Source of the DNA: Chitinophagaceae bacterium
Lineage (GTDB): Bacteria > Bacteroidota > Bacteroidia > Chitinophagales > Chitinophagaceae
Length of the DNA: 46,972 nt
Reading direction: 5' to 3'
Assembly (NCBI GenBank): GCA_031425715.1
Contig: JANPJW010000044.1
Span: forward strand, 1-46,972
Both the position numbers and the translations under genes were made by a program. A model generated the notes under the pieces. That model was not told the DNA's origin, did not search any database, and was given only the letters and a program-made list of their open reading frames with translations. Positions 28,876-38,051 of this stretch are shown in pieces (the first letter of the stretch is position 1; each line of letters opens with the position of its first letter).

Positions 28876-29952
28876 ATGAAACCCCCGAGACATACATGGA
28901 TTGATTATGCCCGGGGGATCGCAATCATCTTGGTATTGTATCGGCACGTTTTTGAAGGCATTAAGAATTCAGGTATTTCAATCGAGGAATATTTACCGAT
29001 AGAGCATGCTAATATTTTGTTCTTTAGTTTTAGAATGCCGCTCTTCTTTATAGTCTCCGGAATTTTTGTAATAGGTAGTCTTCAAAAGAGAGGCTTTCAG
29101 CATTTTCTGGAAACCAAAGCACGCATCATTCTATATCCCTATTTTTTATGGGGCATACTACAAATAACACTTCAAATTTTATTGAGTGATTATGTAAATG
29201 CCAATAGGTCGTCGCATAGCTATTTGGAGCTCCTATATGCGCCCAGAACTGTTGATCAATTTTGGTATTTATATGCACTCTTCAATGTATCCATACTCTA
29301 TGTAACAGGAGTTCACTTTTTAAAAATTAACACCAGATATAATGTAGTGATAGGGCTGTTTTTTTTCTATATCTCCATACTTTCATACCAGTATAAAGTA
29401 AACCTTGGTTTCCTGGGAGATATCCTCCATTATTATTTGTTTTTTGCAATAGGGGATGCGATTGGGTCAATCATTAAAAATGAACATAATAAAAAATATT
29501 TTGAATCCTGGAAATTATTGGTACTGCTTTTCATACCATTTATTCTGACACAGTATTATTTCCTTAAAACAAATCTTGAATATTCTACAATGAATTATGA
29601 GTATGTAGAATATTACCAACCCTTGCTCTTCATTGGTATAGCGTTGATGGGGGGGCTCTATATCATTTTTTTAAGTTTCTTTTTGCAGAAATATAGGCTT
29701 ATAGCCTGGCTTCATGTTTTAGGACGTCATTCGTTGTACATTTATGTTGCACATGTAATGGTGTTAGCAGCCGTAAGAATCTTCATGACCAAGGTGATGG
29801 GCATCTACAATGTGCCAATACTTTTAGTTTTTGGAATAGTGCTGGGTCTTATAATACCCGTCCTTTTATATAAACTTGCTTTAAAATTAAATATGAATTG
29901 GATTTTTACGTTAGAGCCTGGTAAAAAGTATTCTAAGTTCATGAAAGCCTGA
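28876..29952 (+). CDS. Acyltransferase family 3 O-acyltransferase
   Basis: WIDYARGIAIILV..H, FRMPLFF.VSG, FWYLYALF and LGRHSLYIYVAH motifs. Confidence 0.9.
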   Translation: MKPPRHTWIDYARGIAIILVLYRHVFEGIKNSGISIEEYLPIEHANILFFSFRMPLFFIVSGIFVIGSLQKRGFQHFLETKARIILYPYFLWGILQITLQILLSDYVNANRSSHSYLELLYAPRTVDQFWYLYALFNVSILYVTGVHFLKINTRYNVVIGLFFFYISILSYQYKVNLGFLGDILHYYLFFAIGDAIGSIIKNEHNKKYFESWKLLVLLFIPFILTQYYFLKTNLEYSTMNYEYVEYYQPLLFIGIALMGGLYIIFLSFFLQKYRLIAWLHVLGRHSLYIYVAHVMVLAAVRIFMTKVMGIYNVPILLVFGIVLGLIIPVLLYKLALKLNMNWIFTLEPGKKYSKFMKA

Positions 29953-29979
29953 TAAGCAATATAATATTTTATACAGCAT

Positions 29980-30711
29980 ATGAAATTGAGTAACCCAAAA
30001 AGCAGGTTTCATCTTAACATTAAGAGTAAAGACAGAGTTTTAGATGTAGGTGGCGGACACAATCCGCACCCAAGGGCCAACGTAGTAGTAGATAAGTATA
30101 CTGATACGAATTATCACAGAAGTGGAGATATTAAAGTATTACAAAAACAAGAGTTTATTGCAGCTGATGGTGAGAAACTCCCATTTAAGGATAAAGAATT
30201 TGATTATGTTATTAGCTGCCATGTGCTTGAGCATGTGGAAGATCCTGTGAAATTTCTTGGAGAAATTTTTAGAGTAGGAAAGAGGGGATATATTGAAACA
30301 CCCTCGTTACTGGGAGAATATTTTGCGCCAAGAGAGTCGCATAAATGGATATTGCACGAACACAATAATCGACTCTATCTAGTGGATAAGGTAAAGATGG
30401 GATTTATCTATGGATATTATCTAGGCGACCTTATCCAGGAATTTCTGCCAAAAAACAGCATTGGCTTTAAGATTGCAGAAAGAACACATCCTAACTTAAT
30501 GACCATAAGAATAGAATGGGAAACTGATTTTGACTACGAGGTAGAACCTACCGACCCTGAAATCAGAAAATATTTTTCTGGACGTTGGGAAAATGAATGG
30601 GCTAACGATTTTTTTCCGGCCAGGTCTGCGGGGCAGGAGTTAAAAGAAGCTACCATAGCTTTTAAAGATATCTGCAAAAGTTTTATACAATCAAAAATTT
30701 TGAAAAAATAG
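29980..30711 (+). CDS. Class I SAM-dependent methyltransferase
   Basis: VLDVGGG and LPFKDKEFDY...HVLEHV motifs. Confidence 0.85.
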   Translation: MKLSNPKSRFHLNIKSKDRVLDVGGGHNPHPRANVVVDKYTDTNYHRSGDIKVLQKQEFIAADGEKLPFKDKEFDYVISCHVLEHVEDPVKFLGEIFRVGKRGYIETPSLLGEYFAPRESHKWILHEHNNRLYLVDKVKMGFIYGYYLGDLIQEFLPKNSIGFKIAERTHPNLMTIRIEWETDFDYEVEPTDPEIRKYFSGRWENEWANDFFPARSAGQELKEATIAFKDICKSFIQSKILKK

Positions 30712-30729
30712 AGTTAGTAATATACATAA

Positions 30730-32082
30730 ATGATACCCGCTTCAAAAAATAATGGATGGTTACTGGCAGGCCTGTATAACGGCCTGCAAAAATTATCCGT
30801 TCCTATTTTTGGCGTGATAAGCACCATGATATTAGCTCACAGAGCTTTGACCAAAACCGAAATGGGAGTGTGGTCATTGTTTTTGGTAACCACCTCTTTT
30901 GTGGAGCTCATAAGACAAGCCTTGGTGAAAACATCTCTCATTAAGTACGTTAATCACAGCAGTAAAGAAGATCATAAATACGTATTGTCTGCGGCTTTGT
31001 TTTTAAATGCAGTGGTCACAATCTTGCTCATCTTTATTTTATTATTATTTGCAAATTATTTTGCCGAAATACTTGAGGCCCCGGCTCTGGAGCCAATGCT
31101 CTACATTTTTTTTGCCGGCATGTTGTTGCTGATACCTTTCTCGCACTTTGAGTGGATCATGTACAGCAAATCGCAATTCAGCGCCTTGTTTTGGACCTTC
31201 TTTTTCCGTCAGGGTATTAGTCTTCTGCTTATGGTGTTTTACCTGATATTCAATGACAAAATCTCTTTGAATCAGTTGGTTATTTTCTATTGTATTGGCA
31301 TATTGGTAGGCATAGGCGTAGCTTATAAAAATGTGCGACAACACTTGGAGAATACTTTTACATTATCTCTGGCGTGGTTAAAGCGTTTGTGGCACTTTGG
31401 AAAATACGTTTTTGGCTCTGGGCTAAGTACCCTTGTGTTTGCAAATGCCGCTCAGCTAATGTTATCTCCAATCTTAGGCAGTACTCTATTTACAGCATCG
31501 CAAAGCGTAGCTGCACGGGTTATTAATTTAGCCGATATGCCATCGCAGGTATTAAGCGATATGCTCTTCCCTAAGAGTGCCAGGAAAGAGATTGCCGAAA
31601 ACAAAGAAGTGCTAAAATATTATTATGAAAAAACTGTAGGCGCAACACTTAGCTTCACCATACCGATGGTTTTGTTTATTATTATTTTTCCAAAGTTCAT
31701 CATCCTTATCATTGCCGGCCCTCAATACCTTGATGCCATTCCTTATTTACAACTGATAAGCCTTAGCGGTATCTTCCTGGCATTTTTAAAACAGTTTGGC
31801 GTGATCCTCGATTCTACCGGAAAGCCACAAATAAATTTCTTAACTATTACGATCATTGCACTGGTGCATGTCGTTTTCACATATTGGTTTATAAAAGTGT
31901 TTGGTTTTATTGGCGCAGCCTATGCTTTACTGTGTTCACATATTATCGGCTTTTTTATTACGCAGATACTCTTGTACAAATACTTCGGTATTCGTTTTTT
32001 AAATTGTTTTAAACACGCTTTCAGGTTTTATCCTGAGCTTACTAAGATGGTATTAGATAAAGCACAATGGAAGAAAAATTAA
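30730..32082 (+). CDS. wzx: Wzx-type oligosaccharide flippase
   Basis: About 12 TM helices with an MOP-family pattern (EMGVW, LFPK, STGKP, FGFIGAAYA); locus context. Confidence 0.8.
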   Translation: MIPASKNNGWLLAGLYNGLQKLSVPIFGVISTMILAHRALTKTEMGVWSLFLVTTSFVELIRQALVKTSLIKYVNHSSKEDHKYVLSAALFLNAVVTILLIFILLLFANYFAEILEAPALEPMLYIFFAGMLLLIPFSHFEWIMYSKSQFSALFWTFFFRQGISLLLMVFYLIFNDKISLNQLVIFYCIGILVGIGVAYKNVRQHLENTFTLSLAWLKRLWHFGKYVFGSGLSTLVFANAAQLMLSPILGSTLFTASQSVAARVINLADMPSQVLSDMLFPKSARKEIAENKEVLKYYYEKTVGATLSFTIPMVLFIIIFPKFIILIIAGPQYLDAIPYLQLISLSGIFLAFLKQFGVILDSTGKPQINFLTITIIALVHVVFTYWFIKVFGFIGAAYALLCSHIIGFFITQILLYKYFGIRFLNCFKHAFRFYPELTKMVLDKAQWKKN

Positions 32083-33296
32083 TAGAACAGAGAGACATTA
32101 TCATGCTGGGAATTCAACCCTGGGATATTGAAATTGGTTGCAATTTCAAAAATATGGCTATTGAAATTGCGGATCAATACCGTGTGCTTTATGTAAACCG
32201 CCCCTTAGACAGAATTACATCGCTTACCGAAAGATCTGATATCAGAACCATTAACCGTAAAAGGAGTATCAGGCAGGGAATTGGCGTTTTAACCGAAATA
32301 AAAGATCAGCTTTGGATTTTCAATCCGCAAACCATGTTAGAATCTATAAACTGGATGCCCCCTGGGAAGTTATATAGTTATTTTAATAAAAGAAATAACA
32401 AGAAACTGGCGGGTCAGATAAAAAAAGCTTGTGAAAAACTGAAGTTTAAGAATCCTTTACTTATCATAGACAATGATTTCTATAACGGCCTTTATTTAAA
32501 AGAATTTCTTGGTTCAGATTGCGTTATGTATTATTTGAGAGACTATCTTTTATCTCAGCCATACTTTTATAAGCATGGTGTAAGAGCCGAGCCCGCTATT
32601 TTACAAGCCGTGGATATTGTAACAACGAATTCCCTCTACCTTGCTACTTATGCACGAAAGTACAACCCTAATACGGTATATATAGGGCAAGGTTGTGAGG
32701 TAGAAGAATTTGAAAAGCAGCCAGATGAAGTTCCCTTGGGTCTTAGTAATATTACAGGACCAATAATTGGCTATTGTGGGGCTTTGCTTAGCTTAAGGCT
32801 CGATATTGATTTGCTTATTAACATCGCAAAGCAGCAGCCCGACTGGAACCTGGTGTTGGTGGGTCCCGAAGATGAGGACTTCAAAAAGTCTAAACTCCAC
32901 GACATGCCGAATGTATTTTTTTTGGGACACAAGGAGCCGTCAGAACTTCCCGCTTATGTGCACAGTTTTGATATTTGTATCAATCCACAGGTGGTGAACC
33001 AGATGACTATTGGTAACTACCCCAGAAAAATAGATGAGTACCTGGCAGCCGGAAAACCGGTAGTGGCTACAAGAACGGAGGCTATGGAGGAATTTGAAGA
33101 TAGTGTGCACTTGTGCAATGGTCTAACCGAATACTTGTTTGCAATAAAAAAATGCCTCGCAAACCCCAATGATATGCTTGCAATATTAAAACGAAAGGAA
33201 GTCGCACGCTCCCATACATGGAAACATTCTATCATGAAATTATATTCGGCCGTAAACGAATTTTTAAAATCCCCAGCTTATGCAGGAAGAAGATAA
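32067..33296 (+). CDS. GT4-like (GT-B) glycosyltransferase
   Basis: IIGYCGAL, LVLVGP, NVFFLG, FDICINP and YPRKIDEYLAAGKPVV motifs. Confidence 0.85.
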   Translation: MEEKLIEQRDIIMLGIQPWDIEIGCNFKNMAIEIADQYRVLYVNRPLDRITSLTERSDIRTINRKRSIRQGIGVLTEIKDQLWIFNPQTMLESINWMPPGKLYSYFNKRNNKKLAGQIKKACEKLKFKNPLLIIDNDFYNGLYLKEFLGSDCVMYYLRDYLLSQPYFYKHGVRAEPAILQAVDIVTTNSLYLATYARKYNPNTVYIGQGCEVEEFEKQPDEVPLGLSNITGPIIGYCGALLSLRLDIDLLINIAKQQPDWNLVLVGPEDEDFKKSKLHDMPNVFFLGHKEPSELPAYVHSFDICINPQVVNQMTIGNYPRKIDEYLAAGKPVVATRTEAMEEFEDSVHLCNGLTEYLFAIKKCLANPNDMLAILKRKEVARSHTWKHSIMKLYSAVNEFLKSPAYAGRR

Positions 33297-33399
33297 TACC
33301 GAAACACACATCAAAAGCAGCCGGTTTACTGAAATTATTTCACTCATATTCGTAACCATCGTTATGATCTTTTTATTCGTTAAAATAGTTTTTTATTAG
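33280..33399 (+). CDS. 39-aa single-pass membrane micro-protein (not in the ORF track)
   Basis: ATG 33280 to TAG 33399 reads MQEEDNTETHIKSSRFTEIISLIFVTIVMIFLFVKIVFY. It overlaps the GT stop, ends 8 nt before the next start and fills the gap in an otherwise compact operon. Confidence 0.6.
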   Translation: MQEEDNTETHIKSSRFTEIISLIFVTIVMIFLFVKIVFY

Positions 33400-33407
33400 T
33401 ACCTACT

Positions 33408-34922
33408 TTGTCAAGGCAACAATCACATATTACCAGTAAATTTCACTCCTGGGTAAAGAAGGAGCTTATTCAAAAAAAGTTTTTATCTCCATGGGGGATA
33501 TGGATTTTAGCGCTTGTAGCCATCGCCAGCGGTTTCCTTGCGGCAAATGATCTTTTTTTTGTGCCCTTCGCTTTAGCAGGATTACTAGCCGGCCTGGTAG
33601 TAATTTATTTTTGCCTGTTTAACCCGCTCATTGGTTTTTACATCATGACGTTTGGCGCCTTTTTCGTTTTTTATCCAAACCATCTTATAGGCAGAGATGT
33701 ACTACCGTTAAGCACAGCTCTGGAGATAGTTATCCTGTTCCTCTTTTTAGGAACTTATATTTCAAAAAAATCAGGAGATATTCAGCAGTCATCCGGGCTG
33801 TTAAAAAGCCTGGTTGCTATCACATTGTTAGTTCTGACGTTGTATATTGGCGTGCAAGCTTTTAACCCGAACGTGATAGGTTACGGAAGTTGGTTCCAGG
33901 CATTTAAAAGGGCGGTAGTTTTGGCATTGGTCTTCATTTCCGCTTATCGAATTATTGACACGGTACCAAAGTTTAGGTATTACGTCCGCTTTTGGATTGT
34001 CCTCTCCTTTATTACTGCGGTCTACGGATGTTTTCAGCAGTGGTTCGGTCTTTTGCCCATGGAAATGAATTATATCATGAGCACCCCCGGATCACAGGAA
34101 CTTTTGTTTCAGGGAGGGCAGATAAGAAAATTTTCTTTCTTATCTGATGTGGTGTCTTTTGGTGTCCTATCTGGTTCGATGGCTGTGTTTACGTTATTGT
34201 TTGCCATAAATGAAAAAGACAAAGGGAGAAAATACAGGTTGTTTTTCTTTGGAATAATAATGGCCCTGGGAATGTCTTATTCTGGTACCCGAACTGCGAC
34301 CATTATTATTCCTGCCGGGTTTATTCTATATGGGTTTGTAACCATTCAAAATAAAACCACACTCATTACTTTGTTTTGTGCGGTGCTCGTAGCTATCGCA
34401 GTATTGTTTGCGCCCATCTACAGTAATGCCACTTTAAACAGGATAAGGAGTACATTCGACTCTAAAGATGAATCCTTAAATGTAAGAGATAAAAACCGGA
34501 AGTTCATTCAGCCATACCTGCATTCACACCCCATCGGCGGAGGAATTGGTACTACGAATTTTGCAGGGTTTTATAACCATCCTTACCACCCCCTTGCAGG
34601 TTTTGCTACAGATAGTGGCTTCCTAAAAATAGGTCTTGAATATGGCTGGATCGGACTGATATTAATGATGGGTTTTAACCTGGCCATTTTATACCAGGGA
34701 ATTTACTATTACTTTAAAATACGAGATAAGGAATTAAAACTTTATACTATTGCCATTATCAGTACCTTATTCCCAATCATTGTTACGCAATATTCCCAGG
34801 AGACTGTCGGGCAATTTCCTTCTGGTATTTTCTTCTTTTCTTCTATATCTTTATTAAAGAGGCTTTTAGAGTTTGATCAAAATCAAAATTCAAAAGAGGA
34901 ATTAGCGCAGGCAATGGATTGA
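33408..34922 (+). CDS. O-antigen ligase/Wzy family polymerase
   Basis: About 12 TM helices; SGTRTA, S..VR, HPIGGGIG and DSG.L....EYG.IG motifs (Wzy_C pattern); TTG start. Confidence 0.8.
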   Translation: MSRQQSHITSKFHSWVKKELIQKKFLSPWGIWILALVAIASGFLAANDLFFVPFALAGLLAGLVVIYFCLFNPLIGFYIMTFGAFFVFYPNHLIGRDVLPLSTALEIVILFLFLGTYISKKSGDIQQSSGLLKSLVAITLLVLTLYIGVQAFNPNVIGYGSWFQAFKRAVVLALVFISAYRIIDTVPKFRYYVRFWIVLSFITAVYGCFQQWFGLLPMEMNYIMSTPGSQELLFQGGQIRKFSFLSDVVSFGVLSGSMAVFTLLFAINEKDKGRKYRLFFFGIIMALGMSYSGTRTATIIIPAGFILYGFVTIQNKTTLITLFCAVLVAIAVLFAPIYSNATLNRIRSTFDSKDESLNVRDKNRKFIQPYLHSHPIGGGIGTTNFAGFYNHPYHPLAGFATDSGFLKIGLEYGWIGLILMMGFNLAILYQGIYYYFKIRDKELKLYTIAIISTLFPIIVTQYSQETVGQFPSGIFFFSSISLLKRLLEFDQNQNSKEELAQAMD

Positions 34923-34962
34923 TTCACTACCGGTTCAATAATACGGGTATAAAAAATAAACA

Positions 34963-35712
34963 ATGAAACACAACTTCATAACAGCCATAATGACACTATT
35001 TTTTTACACGGCAGGCTATAGCCAGCGGATACCCCAGGTGCCCGATAGTATCAGAAAAAATTACAAAGAAGTGCAGGCGTTAGCTAAAAAACCTATTGAT
35101 TATGCTAATCTCAACCAGGATTCTCTGATAAAGGTTAAGCTCGTAAAACTGGCTTTGGAAAATCCAACCATGCAAATAGCCGAGGCCAATCAAAGGATTG
35201 CGCAATCTGAACTTACAAAAGCTAAAACATCCTGGCTAAGTTCTTTTAATGCAGGTGCCAACGTAAATGAATTTGTTATACAGGGTTCTGCCGCTGCCAG
35301 TTTTTTTCCAAAATATAACTTAGGAGTTTCTGTTCCATTTGACGTTTTGCCAAAGTTAAAACGAGATAAAAAAGTTGCAAGGGAAAACATTTTTATCAGC
35401 AATGAAATGCGAAAGGAAAGGGAACAGTTTGTAAAAGCGCAGGTTTTGATCGCATACGAAAATTACAAGGAGAAAAAAGAAATGGTGTTTCTGCAAAAGA
35501 GTTCTATAGAATATGATTTCTCTGCTTATGAGGCAGCCCAAAGTAATTATACCGCCGGCGATGTTTCCATGGAGGATATGAATAAAACACACCAGCTGTA
35601 TTTGAATGAAAAAGCTAAATTAATTTCAAAGGAAAAGGAGTTAAACATTGCCATTATTGAATTGGAACAATTGACAGGCGTTCCACTGTCCCAAGCGCTA
35701 AAGTTTCCCTAA
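34963..35712 (+). CDS. Half-length TolC/outer-membrane efflux family protein
   Basis: Signal peptide GYS-QR; LALENP, a helix, beta-hairpin SFNAGAN...YNLGVSVPF, long helices, Y.AG.VS, terminal LEQLTG. This is one TolC-like repeat in 249 aa. Confidence 0.7.
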   Translation: MKHNFITAIMTLFFYTAGYSQRIPQVPDSIRKNYKEVQALAKKPIDYANLNQDSLIKVKLVKLALENPTMQIAEANQRIAQSELTKAKTSWLSSFNAGANVNEFVIQGSAAASFFPKYNLGVSVPFDVLPKLKRDKKVARENIFISNEMRKEREQFVKAQVLIAYENYKEKKEMVFLQKSSIEYDFSAYEAAQSNYTAGDVSMEDMNKTHQLYLNEKAKLISKEKELNIAIIELEQLTGVPLSQALKFP

Positions 35713-35734
35713 TATATAAACCAGTAGTTGAATC

Positions 35735-36310
35735 ATGAACCGTAAAAAGGCAATTCTTTCTATGTTTGTTTTGGGTGGAGGCGCTGCTGCCACCTATTCT
35801 GGCTATAAGTTTTATACTATTGCCAAAACTCCTGATTTTGCTTTCCTAAATAATCAAAAAGCCTTCATTGCTGACCTGGCAGAAACCATAATTCCCAGAA
35901 CAAATACTCCCGGGGCAAAAGATGTAAAGGCAGAAGAAGTAATCATAACTCTTATAAAAAATGGGGCGAACAAAAAAACACAGAATAATTTTATTGAAGG
36001 GTTAAAGGACGCTGATCGTTTTGCAAAAGGCAAATTTGGTAAAGTATTTACCAGCCTTACTGTGCCGGAGCAAAAAAGTGTTGTAGAGCATTTCTCTCAA
36101 AAAGGAAAGAATTTTTCAGGTTTGTTAGGCAAAGTAAAAAATAAACTTTTAGGCAAGTCTTTCTTTGACATTCTAAAATATTACACCACTGTAGCTTATT
36201 GCACATCCCGCCAGGGTGCCACAGAAACGCTGGCTTATGATTATATTCCCGGTAGCTACCAGGCCTGTATTCAACTTTCCCCACGTCAGCGTTCTTGGGC
36301 AACAAAATAA
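35735..36310 (+). CDS. Gluconate 2-dehydrogenase subunit 3 family protein (partner of the GMC dehydrogenase)
   Basis: LAETIIPRT.TPGAKD, FF..LK..T..AYCTS.QGA and Y..IPG.Y motifs; Tat-like leader MNRKK. Confidence 0.85.
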   Translation: MNRKKAILSMFVLGGGAAATYSGYKFYTIAKTPDFAFLNNQKAFIADLAETIIPRTNTPGAKDVKAEEVIITLIKNGANKKTQNNFIEGLKDADRFAKGKFGKVFTSLTVPEQKSVVEHFSQKGKNFSGLLGKVKNKLLGKSFFDILKYYTTVAYCTSRQGATETLAYDYIPGSYQACIQLSPRQRSWATK

Positions 36311-36314
36311 TATT

Positions 36315-38039
36315 ATGGGACAGCAGCAACAACCTCAAATAAATATCAATACCGGTGCAAGTACAGCTGTTACTTATGATGCCATTGTGGTAGGGAGCGG
36401 TATCAGCGGAGGGTGGGCTGCAAAAGAATTGTGCGAAAAAGGTTTGAAAACCTTGTTGTTAGAAAGAGGCAGAAATGTAGACCACATCAAAGATTATCCA
36501 ACCGCAAATTTAAACCCCTGGGAGTTTCCCAACAGGCTCGAAATAACCCAAAAGGACCGGGAAGAAAATCCCATACAATCCCTGGCTTACACAGAAGCCA
36601 GCAAACATTTTTTTGTAAACGACCAGGATCATCCATACATACAATCTAAAACCTTTCATTGGATACGAGGTTACCAGGTAGGAGGTCGTTCCCTTACATG
36701 GGGTAGGCAAACTTATAGGCTCAGCGACCTGGACTTTGAGGCGAATTTAAAAGATGGCCACGGAACTGACTGGCCCATACGATACAAAGACATTTCTCCA
36801 TGGTACGCCTATGTAGAATCATTTGTAGGCATCAGCGGCCAGGCTGAAGGTATCCCGCATTTGCCAGACAGTATATTTCTGCCAGCAATGGAAATGAATT
36901 GTATTGAATCACATTTTTCTAGAAAAGTAAAAGCGCATTTTAAAGAAAGATTTGTTACCAATGGCAGGGTTGCTAATCTAACTAAAGGATGGGGCGGGCG
37001 AGGTCCCTGCCAATATCGGAATTTGTGCGAAAGAGGATGTCCGTTTGGTGGATATTTTAGCAGCAATTCCGCTACCATTCCTGTGGCGGCTGCTACAGGA
37101 AACCTCACCCTTCGGCCACATTCAATTGTGTCTGAAGTAATTTTAGATGAGGCTACCGGCAAAGCAAAAGGGGTTAGAATTATTGACGAATTAACTGGGA
37201 AAACGTCTGAGGTTTTTGCCAAAATTATTTTCTTAAATGCTTCCACCATTGCAACTGCTTCTATCCTCTTACAATCTGTTTCAAAGCGGTTCCCAAATGG
37301 GTTGGGCAATTCAAGCGGGCAGGTAGGCTTGAATTTGATGGATCATCATTCGGGCACGGGCGCAATGGGCAGGCATGAAGACTTCAAGGATAAATACTAC
37401 GCTGGCAGAAGGCCTACAGGTATTTATATTCCCCGGTTTAGAAATACCAATAGCGGGGATAAGCATCCTGATTTTATAAGAGGGTATGCATTTCAGGCAG
37501 ATGGAGAGAGAAGCGAATGGAAAGATTTAATGGTGGGGGACAATAGTTTTGGACAATCGTATAAAGAAAAGATAAGCCAGCCCGGCCCCTGGACGATGTG
37601 GTTGGGTGCCTGGGGCGAATGTCTTCCTAACCCCTCAAACAAAGTTACGTTGGATGCCAGCCAGAAAGACAAGTGGGGATTGCCCTTGATAAAAATCGAT
37701 TTTGAATTTGGCGAAAACGAAAGACTAATGCGACAGGATGCCCGGGAAAGCGCAGCCGAAATGCTATCTGTGGCAGGTTTTAAAGACGTGCAAACCCACG
37801 ATTATAATTTTACCGGGGGAACCACAATACATGAGATGGGCACCGCAAGAATGGGTAATGATCCCCGCACATCAGTGCTTAATAAATTCAACCAGATGCA
37901 CGATGTGAAAAATGTTTTCATTACAGATGGAAGTTGTATGCCCTCAGGTGGTTGTCAGAACCCATCTCTCACCTATATGGCACTTACGGCAAGGGCTTGT
38001 CATTATGCGGTGGAAGAACTAAAAAAAAATAATTTATAA
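36315..38039 (+). CDS. GMC family FAD oxidoreductase (glucoside 3-dehydrogenase-like)
   Basis: YDAIVVGSGISGGWAAKELCEKG, GGRS..WGRQ, CQYRNLCERGCP, HEMGTARMG and QNPSLTYMALTAR motifs. ATG 36315 is preferred over 36216, which overlaps the previous gene. Confidence 0.9.
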   Translation: MGQQQQPQININTGASTAVTYDAIVVGSGISGGWAAKELCEKGLKTLLLERGRNVDHIKDYPTANLNPWEFPNRLEITQKDREENPIQSLAYTEASKHFFVNDQDHPYIQSKTFHWIRGYQVGGRSLTWGRQTYRLSDLDFEANLKDGHGTDWPIRYKDISPWYAYVESFVGISGQAEGIPHLPDSIFLPAMEMNCIESHFSRKVKAHFKERFVTNGRVANLTKGWGGRGPCQYRNLCERGCPFGGYFSSNSATIPVAAATGNLTLRPHSIVSEVILDEATGKAKGVRIIDELTGKTSEVFAKIIFLNASTIATASILLQSVSKRFPNGLGNSSGQVGLNLMDHHSGTGAMGRHEDFKDKYYAGRRPTGIYIPRFRNTNSGDKHPDFIRGYAFQADGERSEWKDLMVGDNSFGQSYKEKISQPGPWTMWLGAWGECLPNPSNKVTLDASQKDKWGLPLIKIDFEFGENERLMRQDARESAAEMLSVAGFKDVQTHDYNFTGGTTIHEMGTARMGNDPRTSVLNKFNQMHDVKNVFITDGSCMPSGGCQNPSLTYMALTARACHYAVEELKKNNL

Positions 38040-38051
38040 TCAACCTAAATA

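Noticed and set aside
29649-29655. G7 tract in the acyltransferase as a phase-variation switch
   Set aside because: The tract is short and the frame is intact; nothing indicates slippage.
36216-36314. Upstream extension of the GMC ORF
   Set aside because: It overlaps the conserved C-terminus of the subunit-3 gene; the ATG at 36315 follows that stop by 4 nt.
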